IMG/VR virus record: IMGVR_UViG_3300028586_000001
Coordinates: 1 to 64,000 of that record
DNA: 64,000 nt
Source: a virus
Taxonomy: Duplodnaviria; Caudoviricetes
Reading direction: 5' to 3' (one strand)
Position numbers and translations under genes: made by a program
Shown: positions 35,448 to 43,496 of the stretch, in pieces
Position numbering within the stretch: position 1 is the first letter of the stretch
Layout: every line of letters starts with the position of its first letter
Notes under the pieces: model-generated
Told to the model about the DNA's origin: nothing
The model's database searches: none
What the model saw: only the letters and a program-made list of their open reading frames with translations

Positions 35448-36064
35448 TGACGAACAAAAACCCTACCACTGGCATCCCCTACGGAATCATCCGGGCAGAC
35501 GCTATCGACCCTGACCTGTGGGACAGCCTGTGCTACACCCACGGCAAGGACACTCATTACGACGAGGCGCTGGCTGCGCACCTGAAGCAAAAGGAAGCCG
35601 AGCACGAAGAATCGGGTTCTGAAGAACCTTTCGATGAGTGCTACGAGTCGCAAGAATTCAGCGACGGTTATGAGCAAAGCGAGCCGGTCTACGCTGGCCA
35701 GCATGAAGGTGTCCACTACCAGACGACGTGGCTGGGCGGTGGTCAGCTCCTGTGGGTGTTCCAGTCGCCGGTCGTGACCCAGTGCGCAGTGTGCAGCCCA
35801 TGCGTCCCTGGCGCCGGAAATCTGGACAGCCACGGCGAGTACCTTGCCTACGGCGTTCCGGCGACCTGGCTCACAACTGAGTTCATCGAAGAACGTGTAG
35901 CTGAATCTGGTTTCGGCGCGATCAGGTGGAACGCTGACACCTACGTTCATGGGACCAATCAGCAGGTTTCCAAGAAGACTTTCGAGAGCCGTCAGGAGGC
36001 TCTGGAAGATTGCTACACGCAGCGCCTTCAGCAACTGCCGGGAGACAGCGATGCCACCAAGTAA
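35447..36064 (+). CDS. Hypothetical protein with CSPC motif
   Basis: 205 aa, CAVCSPCVPGAGNLD. Confidence 0.65.
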   Translation: MTNKNPTTGIPYGIIRADAIDPDLWDSLCYTHGKDTHYDEALAAHLKQKEAEHEESGSEEPFDECYESQEFSDGYEQSEPVYAGQHEGVHYQTTWLGGGQLLWVFQSPVVTQCAVCSPCVPGAGNLDSHGEYLAYGVPATWLTTEFIEERVAESGFGAIRWNADTYVHGTNQQVSKKTFESRQEALEDCYTQRLQQLPGDSDATK

Positions 36065-36311
36065 GCGCAAGGTTCCAAAGACGAACACTGAGTTCGTTTT
36101 TCATATGATGGAGTTTTCCAAGTCGGGTCCGATGATGCAGTTGTTCATCATGGACGCCATCATGAAGGCATCGAATAACGTCGCTGAAATGCCTATCGAA
36201 GAACTTCGCCGGCAGTTTGAATTCAGCGGCGCGGCCAATTTTATCAACCCGGATGCCTGGCATGCTGCGGCTACCGAGTTGGACAACGAAATTAAGAAAC
36301 GGATACTGTGA
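36051..36311 (+). CDS. Hypothetical protein
   Basis: 86 aa from ATG 36051, GGAG RBS. Confidence 0.6.
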   Translation: MPPSKRKVPKTNTEFVFHMMEFSKSGPMMQLFIMDAIMKASNNVAEMPIEELRRQFEFSGAANFINPDAWHAAATELDNEIKKRIL

Positions 36312-36814
36312 TGACCGTCGAAATCCAACCACCGATCAAGGGCAAGCATGTCATGGCCGGTGACTACGAACTGCAACTGGTTGATCACAAGGGTCGCGTG
36401 TTCAACCAAGGGTTCATGGTCTACCAGGAACTTTCTCAGGGCAGCGGCTGGTACGTGTTCGGACGCTGCAAAGAGAACGTGATCAAGCTCGTTGCTCGAC
36501 CCGATTTGCCAGCGCGTTACAGCGCCAATTACAACATCCAGTCTCGGCGCGGCTGGCGCATCAAGAAGCATGCTGAGATGCTGGCTGTGATGCTTGAGAG
36601 CCAGTACCGGGGCGTTGACCCTGACCAACTGGCAACCCGCATGACCAAGGTCCAGGCGGTTAGCGACATGCGCATCGCCCTGGAAGAAGCCCACTCCTTG
36701 CTCAAGGACCTGTCGGACTTCATCCCCAGCGACTACCAGGACCTGACCAACCGCTACTACGCCACCGAACAGGTGGTCCACCTCACTCTCGAAAAATACA
36801 AGGACATCAAATGA
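36308..36814 (+). CDS. Hypothetical protein
   Basis: 168 aa, tiles. Confidence 0.6.
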   Translation: MMTVEIQPPIKGKHVMAGDYELQLVDHKGRVFNQGFMVYQELSQGSGWYVFGRCKENVIKLVARPDLPARYSANYNIQSRRGWRIKKHAEMLAVMLESQYRGVDPDQLATRMTKVQAVSDMRIALEEAHSLLKDLSDFIPSDYQDLTNRYYATEQVVHLTLEKYKDIK

Positions 36815-37041
36815 GCTTCGTCAATTGGTTTTTATCGCAGTTCTGCCGCAAGGCGGTGTCTGCCGTCCTCGAAGACGAGCACCATCAAGCCTGCCTCGAC
36901 AGGATCGAAGCAGAGCGTGCACTGGACCACTGGACCTCGAAGGTCGGTGAGCTGCGCCAGCGCATTCCCCGCCTGGAGCAGCAGATCATTTCGGCCAAGG
37001 CCAAGGAAAGCGGTGGTGGCAACCACCTTTCCTCGGTATAG
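36811..37041 (+). CDS. Small coiled-coil protein
   Basis: 76 aa, ATGA coupling. Confidence 0.6.
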   Translation: MSFVNWFLSQFCRKAVSAVLEDEHHQACLDRIEAERALDHWTSKVGELRQRIPRLEQQIISAKAKESGGGNHLSSV

Positions 37042-37087
37042 ACAGGCAGCTTCGGATCACCTACACTGGATGTAGTACCGAAGCGTT

Positions 37088-37116
37088 GAGCCACCCTTGC
37101 AAGGGTGGCTCTTTTT
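37088..37116 (+). terminator. Intrinsic terminator ending the early region
   Basis: Perfect 24-bp palindrome GAGCCACCCTTGCAAGGGTGGCTC then TTTTT. Confidence 0.9.
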
Positions 37117-37136
37117 AATCCCACACCGGAGATAGT

Positions 37137-37364
37137 ATGCGAGTCCGCAAGCCATTCGTGGTCACTTTTGGGAGGATGGACGGGACTGCTACCAAGCACA
37201 TCTTTCCTGATACCCGAGAGCAGGCCCTGGCGCTGTTGAACGCACTGTCCTATGTCTTCTTCCTGAAGCACGAGTTTAAGTCATCACAGTGTCAGAGTTT
37301 CAAACGGGTCGAGAATGATGAATGGTTCATCGAGTTCGACCCAGTCCGCAGCATCCCTTCGTAG
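37137..37364 (+). CDS. Hypothetical protein
   Basis: 75 aa, GGAGA RBS. Confidence 0.55.
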   Translation: MRVRKPFVVTFGRMDGTATKHIFPDTREQALALLNALSYVFFLKHEFKSSQCQSFKRVENDEWFIEFDPVRSIPS

Positions 37365-37392
37365 TCCAACCTCAACTTAATGAGACCATATC

Positions 37393-38394
37393 ATGACCAC
37401 TTCCAACGCCACCGCTCAAGACACCAAACCAGCCAAGAACTTCCGCGAATTCGAGCGTGAGAACGAGGATGTCAAAAAGGGCGAGCACATCAAAGTCCCC
37501 CTGAACCGCATCACGATCAAGAAGGGCTTCAACCCCCGTGATCTGAGCAAGCCCGAGACCCAGGCCAAGATCACCCTGCTGCAAGCAGCCTACGAGGCCG
37601 GTGATTTCGTCCCACTGCCAATCGTTCGTATGGCGCTGGACGGTGAAAGCGCCGAGATCGTCGACGGCGAGTGCCGCTACACGGCAGCGTGCCTCGCCAA
37701 TGCTGCGATGACGGCGCGTGGCGAGACCGGCATCGAGTGGTTCGAGGCGATCCGCTTCAGTGGCACCGAAGCCGAAGCGCGCTCCCTGTCGTTCAAGGCC
37801 AACCAGGGCGAGCACCTGACTCCGCTGGAACAGGCTGACCACACGATCTGGTATCGGGAACAGGGTTACACCCGCGAAGACATCGCCACCTTCCTGGGCA
37901 AGTCGATCGGTTGGATCGACCGCCTGATCGTTATCTCGAAACTGCCTGCGAAGATCAAGAAGCTGGTGGCTGATGATCGTATCGCGGCAGAAGAAGCGGT
38001 CAAGTACGTGAAGAAGCACGGCGATAAAGCCTACGAAGAAATCATGGCCAGCCTGGACAAGTCGAAGGGCAAGGTCACGCCGAAACACGCTGCGGAACCG
38101 ACCGGCGACGATGACGGCGATGCTGGTGATGACGGCGCTGCGGCCGAGCTGGCCGCTGCTGAAAAGAAGGCCGAGAAAACTGCCGAGAAGGCTGAGCAGA
38201 AGCGCCTCCTCAAGCAGCTCGAAACGGCCAAGGAGCTGGCCTTCGCCCTCCCGGACAAGATCAAGAAGCCACGCAACCTCGCCGACGACCAGGTCTACCC
38301 GCTGGAACTGACCGGCGCGGCCATCAAGCACCTGATCGCACTCCAGGACAAGTTCACACCTGAGATCGAGGCAGCGCTGCGTGGTGAAGCATGA
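37393..38394 (+). CDS. parB: ParB/Spo0J-like protein
   Basis: GFNPR, EIVDGECRY (GxxR CTP-box variant), LTPLEQA...GYTREDIATFLGKS HTH. Confidence 0.75.
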   Translation: MTTSNATAQDTKPAKNFREFERENEDVKKGEHIKVPLNRITIKKGFNPRDLSKPETQAKITLLQAAYEAGDFVPLPIVRMALDGESAEIVDGECRYTAACLANAAMTARGETGIEWFEAIRFSGTEAEARSLSFKANQGEHLTPLEQADHTIWYREQGYTREDIATFLGKSIGWIDRLIVISKLPAKIKKLVADDRIAAEEAVKYVKKHGDKAYEEIMASLDKSKGKVTPKHAAEPTGDDDGDAGDDGAAAELAAAEKKAEKTAEKAEQKRLLKQLETAKELAFALPDKIKKPRNLADDQVYPLELTGAAIKHLIALQDKFTPEIEAALRGEA

Positions 38395-39275
38395 AACAGT
38401 GCTACACCCCGAAGAACTTCCGCACCGACTCCTTGCGGCTGATCGTCACCGTCAACTCCATCGTTGACGACTACCAGAATCAGGGCTTCCGGTTGACGGT
38501 TCGCCAGTTGTACTACCAGCTCGTGGCCCGCGACATCATCCCCAACACGATCCAGGAATACAAGCGTGTCGCTGGCATCATCAACGACGGCAAGCTGGCC
38601 GGTCTCATCGACTGGGAAGCCATCGAAGACCGGACCCGCGAGTTCGTCCAGCAGACTCGTTGGCGTGATGGTGCGCAAATCCTGCGCGCTGCGGTCGACA
38701 ACTTCCACATGGACATGTGGTCGGGCCAGGAGCACCGGGTGTTCGTGGTCGTGGAGAAGGAAGCGTTGGTCGGTGTGCTGGAGCCAACCTGCCGGAAGTG
38801 GGATATCCCGCTGCTGGCAGCGCGGGGTTACCCGAGTGGCACCGTGCTGCGCGAGTTCGTCCAGCGCGATATCATCCCGGCCCAGTGCGAAGGCAAGGAG
38901 CCGATCATCCTGCACCTGGGGGATCATGACCCGAGCGGCATCGACATGTCCCGTGACCTCACCGAACGGCTGGCATTGTTCAGCGGCCAGGACGTGGAGC
39001 TGAAGCGGATCGCCTTGACGATGGATCAGGTCAACGAGCAGCGTCCTCCGAAGAACCCGGCCAAGTCCACTGACTCCCGCTTCAACGAGTACAAGAAAAT
39101 CTACGGCTCCAGTAGCTGGGAACTGGACGCGCTGTCCCCGGCGTACCTTGCCGGACTGCTTGAAGGTCACATCGGAGACTACATCGACCACGGTGCGTGG
39201 AATGAAGTCGCTGACCAGATCGAAGACATCAAGAGCCGCATCACCGAAACCGCGAAAGGGTTTGCAAATGACTGA
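38391..39275 (+). CDS. Spo11/Topo VI-A-like (Mini-A-like) Toprim protein
   Basis: TVRQLYY (catalytic Tyr motif TxRxxYY), VVEKEAL, RGYPS, HLGDHDPSG Toprim motifs. Confidence 0.7.
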   Translation: MKQCYTPKNFRTDSLRLIVTVNSIVDDYQNQGFRLTVRQLYYQLVARDIIPNTIQEYKRVAGIINDGKLAGLIDWEAIEDRTREFVQQTRWRDGAQILRAAVDNFHMDMWSGQEHRVFVVVEKEALVGVLEPTCRKWDIPLLAARGYPSGTVLREFVQRDIIPAQCEGKEPIILHLGDHDPSGIDMSRDLTERLALFSGQDVELKRIALTMDQVNEQRPPKNPAKSTDSRFNEYKKIYGSSSWELDALSPAYLAGLLEGHIGDYIDHGAWNEVADQIEDIKSRITETAKGFAND

Positions 39276-39681
39276 TAAAAAGAAGCAGGGCACCCCGATG
39301 AAGTCCTTGTCGGTAGCAATAAAGCTGGTCTGCGCAGACGGCTATAAGGCCAACTGGGACGGAAAGAGCAACGCACCGGGAGCCAAGACACCGGCGACAC
39401 CGGCCCAGACCGCGATCTCGGCTGCTGGCCAGCTTCTCAAGTGGGCAGAGTTCTATGACCAGCAGGGTGTGCAGGGGCTGCTGGACGTGATCTCCGAAGT
39501 GAACCACGCCTGGACATGGCGTGGCGAGAATGGCTACGAAGTCGGCGCCGATCCGCTGGAAGCAGTGCTCAAGACGCTTGCCGAAGACATGGGCTACGAC
39601 TTGATCAAGAAGGAACCGACCGATGGACCCAAAGCTGACGAAAGAAGCGGAACGCCGCCTGGACAACCTGCTGGCGGCTAA
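39268..39681 (+). CDS. Hypothetical protein
   Basis: 137 aa from ATG 39268, overlaps the next ORF by 59 nt. Confidence 0.55.
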   Translation: MTDKKKQGTPMKSLSVAIKLVCADGYKANWDGKSNAPGAKTPATPAQTAISAAGQLLKWAEFYDQQGVQGLLDVISEVNHAWTWRGENGYEVGADPLEAVLKTLAEDMGYDLIKKEPTDGPKADERSGTPPGQPAGG

Positions 39682-39886
39682 CCCCGGCGCTGACCTTGCC
39701 GGGGTCATCGTGCGAATCGACCACTACATTGTGACTGTGACCCGCGAGGGTCGAGTCCAGTGGTTCGAGCAGGATGGCCTCGGGGGCATCAAGTACACCG
39801 ACACCACCGATACACGAACCCCCAACGAGACCATGGACGAAATCAATACCCGCCATGGTCGAAACTCTGAAGGAAAATTTCCATGA
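39623..39886 (+). CDS. Hypothetical protein
   Basis: 87 aa, AAGGAA RBS. Confidence 0.6.
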   Translation: MDPKLTKEAERRLDNLLAANPGADLAGVIVRIDHYIVTVTREGRVQWFEQDGLGGIKYTDTTDTRTPNETMDEINTRHGRNSEGKFP

Positions 39887-40725
39887 CTACACTGAATGTA
39901 ATCCTCTTTCCCGGATCATCCAACATCCGGGTCGTCGCTCACAATGGCACCGACATGCACGCCACGATGAAGGGCGGCAACTACAAGTACCTCGGCGTGC
40001 CGCTCGACGTGTTCGAGGGCTTTCGCAATGCCGAGAGCGCTGGCAAGTACCTGAACAGCGCCATCAAGGGCGTCTATGAGTACGAGCGGCTTAGCGAGGC
40101 AGAAAGTCTCGAACTGATCGAAGCTGCGGAAGCTGAGCTGCGCAAGCAGCAGGCTGAACTCCAGGCTGAAGAAGCTGTGGCCGGCAGCGCCGCTCCTGAT
40201 TCCAGCGCCTTCCAGTCCCCACCGGGGTTCGTCGCAGCGGGAACCACGCCGGTCAAGCTGCTCGACCCGAACGTGACCATCAAGTACGCCAACCCCGGCG
40301 ACGCGGCGTTCGATCTGATGGCCTGCTCGGTCAAGGACCCAGTAACTAACGCCGTCGCGTTTGAGTGGGCCTGGGGCGGTAGTTTCTTTGTACACCCAGG
40401 CCAGCACTTCCTCATCGGCACCGGCATCGCCATGGCCCTCGACCCGAACCATGCCGGGCTGGTCCTGTCCCGTAGCGGCCTCGCCAAGAAGCACCAGATC
40501 GCGGTCGTCAACGCCCCCGGCCTGATCGACAGCGGGTACACCGGCGAGATCGGCGTGCTGCTGGAAAACCGTGGCACCGAGCCGTTCGAGATCAAGCAGT
40601 ACGACCGGATCGCCCAGTTCATGGTGGTGCCGATTGTTCGTCCGACGTTCGTTGTCGTGCATGATTTACAACAGACCGAGCGTGGTTCGGGGGGCTTCGG
40701 TAGCACCGGAACGGAAAAGTTGTAG
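39883..40725 (+). CDS. dut: KTSC-domain / trimeric dUTPase fusion
   Basis: N-terminal SSNI...YKYLGVP...AESAGKYLNSAIKGVYEY (KTSC). C-terminal dUTPase motifs AAFDL, SRSGL, GLIDSGYTGEI, DRIAQ, RGSGGFGSTG. Confidence 0.9.
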   Translation: MTTLNVILFPGSSNIRVVAHNGTDMHATMKGGNYKYLGVPLDVFEGFRNAESAGKYLNSAIKGVYEYERLSEAESLELIEAAEAELRKQQAELQAEEAVAGSAAPDSSAFQSPPGFVAAGTTPVKLLDPNVTIKYANPGDAAFDLMACSVKDPVTNAVAFEWAWGGSFFVHPGQHFLIGTGIAMALDPNHAGLVLSRSGLAKKHQIAVVNAPGLIDSGYTGEIGVLLENRGTEPFEIKQYDRIAQFMVVPIVRPTFVVVHDLQQTERGSGGFGSTGTEKL

Positions 40726-40726
40726 T

Positions 40727-41191
40727 ATGATTAAGATCAACGGCCAGCTTTGCTACTCACCAGCAGCTCCCAGCCGTTATTCCCTGCCCCACCTGGGGCT
40801 GGGTTTGAGCTGCCGCGATGATGTTCAGTTGTGGAACTTGCTGTACCTGTCGTGTGAGCGCATAGAGGAACACCTTGACCCACTTCCCGGTGCAGATGTC
40901 GGGAGTCTGGTCACTCGGGACCTCTGTGCGCTCACCACGGCTTGCGCTTCTCTCTATGGTCCAACCTGTCTCAAGGTATTCCCCAACCTCCGCAAGGTCC
41001 TCACGCTGCACCCCAGCGCGTTCCTGCGGGAGCTGTGGACTATGCCCTGGCAGCATCTCCCCCCGGCCATGGTGATCCCTGACTGGGCTGATATTATTAC
41101 CGACAAGGTGGCTACCATCCACGCTCAAGGTGCACTCGACCTGGGCACCAGTCTCCCATTCCTGAAAGCCCCCTATGAGCAACGTAATTGA
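40727..41191 (+). CDS. Hypothetical protein
   Basis: 154 aa from ATG 40727, no clear SD. Confidence 0.45.
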   Translation: MIKINGQLCYSPAAPSRYSLPHLGLGLSCRDDVQLWNLLYLSCERIEEHLDPLPGADVGSLVTRDLCALTTACASLYGPTCLKVFPNLRKVLTLHPSAFLRELWTMPWQHLPPAMVIPDWADIITDKVATIHAQGALDLGTSLPFLKAPYEQRN

Positions 41192-41381
41192 CCGCACCGA
41201 GGCGGCTGCGGCCGTGCGTCAAAGAGTCGTGGACTTGAACAGAGAGATCGAGCGACTTGCCGTGAGCTACGGCTTTGGCGAGGTCGTCATAGAGATCAAG
41301 GTCCATGACCTGGAAATTCTCGGCAACTCTCGACCGATCCCACTAGTTGAGGTACAGTTGCTGGAGGTAAAGAATCTATAA
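41175..41381 (+). CDS. Hypothetical protein
   Basis: 68 aa. Confidence 0.5.
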   Translation: MSNVIDRTEAAAAVRQRVVDLNREIERLAVSYGFGEVVIEIKVHDLEILGNSRPIPLVEVQLLEVKNL

Positions 41382-41392
41382 GGAAATAAACC

Positions 41393-42826
41393 ATGGAACC
41401 GTACGATCTCGTGGCAAGCCGTTATGGCTTGCCATTTGAATGTTACCCCTACCAAGTCGGCGCGATCAACGCGCTGGCTCCACGTCAAAAATCTGGCCAC
41501 TACCTTGCAGTCGGTGTAGGCAAGACAGCGACCTCCACCATATCCGCGCTGTACAAGCGCGAAGTCGGTGAGATCGATCAGACCATCGTGCTGATGCCGC
41601 CGATTCTGCTGATGGCGTGGCACCGCTGGCTCCAAAGCATCAAGGGCGTGACTTCGATGATTTACGCTGGCCCGCCGAAGAAGCGGGCCAACATGAGGTT
41701 CAACACCCAGTTCATCCTCATGAGCTACGACATCTTCAAGCGCGACTTTGATCGCATCGTCAGCGAGGTCGACGGTTCCCGGACGTGTGTGATTGCCGAC
41801 GAAGCCACGGCCATCAAGAACATCGAGTCGAAGAACTACCAGCGGGTGCGCGACTTCACCGAGATCGGTCACCTGATGCTGCTCACCGGCACACCTCTGG
41901 CCAAGATTTTGGACGGCTACGCTTACGTCAAGTCCCTGGCGCCGAGCGTCTACCGCAGCTACAACCAGTTCAAGAACATCCACGTCGAGGAGGAGGATTT
42001 CTACGGCACGCCGGTCACCTTCCGCAACCTGGACATCCTCAATCGGAACATGCGGGTCAACTCAGTCCGCATCCTGAAGGAAGACGTTCTCAAGGAACTT
42101 CCGGCCGTCACGTACACCCCGCTGCACTACGAGCTGGAGGACAAGCACCTTGCCCTGTACCGCAAACTGGCAGAGGAAAAGCTGCTGGAGTACAAGGATG
42201 GTACCAAGCTCGACGCCACCGAGACCACCCGGCTTTGGCATGCGCTGCAACAGGTCGTTTGTAATTACGACTACTTCAGCCAGGACCCGAAGAACCTGTC
42301 GGCCTGCTTCGACATCGTTGATCAGGTCATGTCCGAACTGGAAGGCGAGCAGCAGATCGGCACCAACGGTGAGCCAATCGAAGGCATCGGCAAGAAGCTG
42401 ATCATCTTCACGAACTACAAGCTCACCAGCCGCCACGTCGCTGAGTACACGAAGAAATACGGCTCGGTCGCGGTGTACGGCGAGATCACTGCTGCCAACC
42501 AGCAGAAGAACATCGACAGGTTCATGAACGACCCAACCTGCCGGGTTCTGGTCGCCCAGGTGCAGTCGGCGGGTTACGGTCTGAACTTGCAGGACTGCTG
42601 CTCCGATGTTCTGTTCTTGGAGTCTCCGCTGATCCCTACGCAGTTCGAGCAGGCTGTTGGACGTGTGTATCGAAACGGTCAGCGCAATAAAGTGCACATC
42701 CGTGTCGGTATTGCAGAGGGTACTATTCAAATGAAGCTTTTGAACATGCTGATGAAGAAGGATCATCTGGTGAATCAAGTGGTACGAAATTACCAAGACA
42801 TTCGGGACGCTCTGTTTGGGTTGTGA
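41393..42826 (+). CDS. SNF2-like SF2 helicase
   Basis: VGVGKT, VIADEA, LLTGTP, LIIFT, QSAGYGLNL, QAVGRVYRNGQ. Confidence 0.9.
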   Translation: MEPYDLVASRYGLPFECYPYQVGAINALAPRQKSGHYLAVGVGKTATSTISALYKREVGEIDQTIVLMPPILLMAWHRWLQSIKGVTSMIYAGPPKKRANMRFNTQFILMSYDIFKRDFDRIVSEVDGSRTCVIADEATAIKNIESKNYQRVRDFTEIGHLMLLTGTPLAKILDGYAYVKSLAPSVYRSYNQFKNIHVEEEDFYGTPVTFRNLDILNRNMRVNSVRILKEDVLKELPAVTYTPLHYELEDKHLALYRKLAEEKLLEYKDGTKLDATETTRLWHALQQVVCNYDYFSQDPKNLSACFDIVDQVMSELEGEQQIGTNGEPIEGIGKKLIIFTNYKLTSRHVAEYTKKYGSVAVYGEITAANQQKNIDRFMNDPTCRVLVAQVQSAGYGLNLQDCCSDVLFLESPLIPTQFEQAVGRVYRNGQRNKVHIRVGIAEGTIQMKLLNMLMKKDHLVNQVVRNYQDIRDALFGL

Positions 42827-42833
42827 AATTGTT

Positions 42834-42862
42834 TTGCCTCTGGTCAAGTTTCCTCGTAGAAT
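42834..42862 (+). promoter_or_regulatory. Sigma70 promoter upstream of the primase operon
   Basis: TTGCCT-N17-TAGAAT. Confidence 0.7.
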
Positions 42863-42896
42863 TGCATCCTTGAAGAAACCTGCCCGGAGATGAACC

Positions 42897-43424
42897 ATGA
42901 GTTCCACCCACTACCTGTCTGAAGCGGCGTCGCTTGACGACTTGTTCAAGCGTATGATGTCGCCGGATCGGGAAATCTGCGCTGAGTACCAGCACATGAA
43001 GGTGGAGCAATGCTTCATCAACCGAATCTTCGTGGTCTACAAGCCTGACGGACTCACCTCCGATAACGCTCACCGACCACCGAAAATCCTCACCCAGGTC
43101 AAGGTCACCGGCTTCCGCGTCAATGCAGATACCGGCGCCGAGATCGACCTGGAGGACCTGATCACGCGTCAGGTCATGACCCTGTCTTACATCCCTCAGC
43201 GCCTGTTCCACTATGATGCGTTTGCATGTGTGGCCCCAAAGCAACGGCTGCACTGGGACGCCCAGGTGGTGCGAGGTAAGGTACAGCGCACGCTGGCCTT
43301 CCACCTTCTCCTGAAGGTGCGCAGCAAGGCCGACTTCTACAGCGCTGGCGTGACCGCCGTTGAGACACCGGCAAACTTCCGGGCCTTGTACCCGGAAGAA
43401 ACTCTGAAACTGATCAACAATTAA
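42897..43424 (+). CDS. Hypothetical replication-module protein
   Basis: 175 aa, GGAGA RBS, own promoter. Confidence 0.7.
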   Translation: MSSTHYLSEAASLDDLFKRMMSPDREICAEYQHMKVEQCFINRIFVVYKPDGLTSDNAHRPPKILTQVKVTGFRVNADTGAEIDLEDLITRQVMTLSYIPQRLFHYDAFACVAPKQRLHWDAQVVRGKVQRTLAFHLLLKVRSKADFYSAGVTAVETPANFRALYPEETLKLINN

Positions 43425-43496
43425 AGGTCGCATGATGAGCACCACGCACACCGCTACCTGCGGTGAGTTCATGACGCCCACGCTTTGGGGGGCTAA

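Noticed and set aside
37393-38394. Plasmid-prophage or temperate lifestyle inferred from parB
   Set aside because: No parA, repA, protelomerase, integrase or CI-like repressor in the window. The large replication gene set points more to a lytic lifestyle, though the rest of the genome is unseen.
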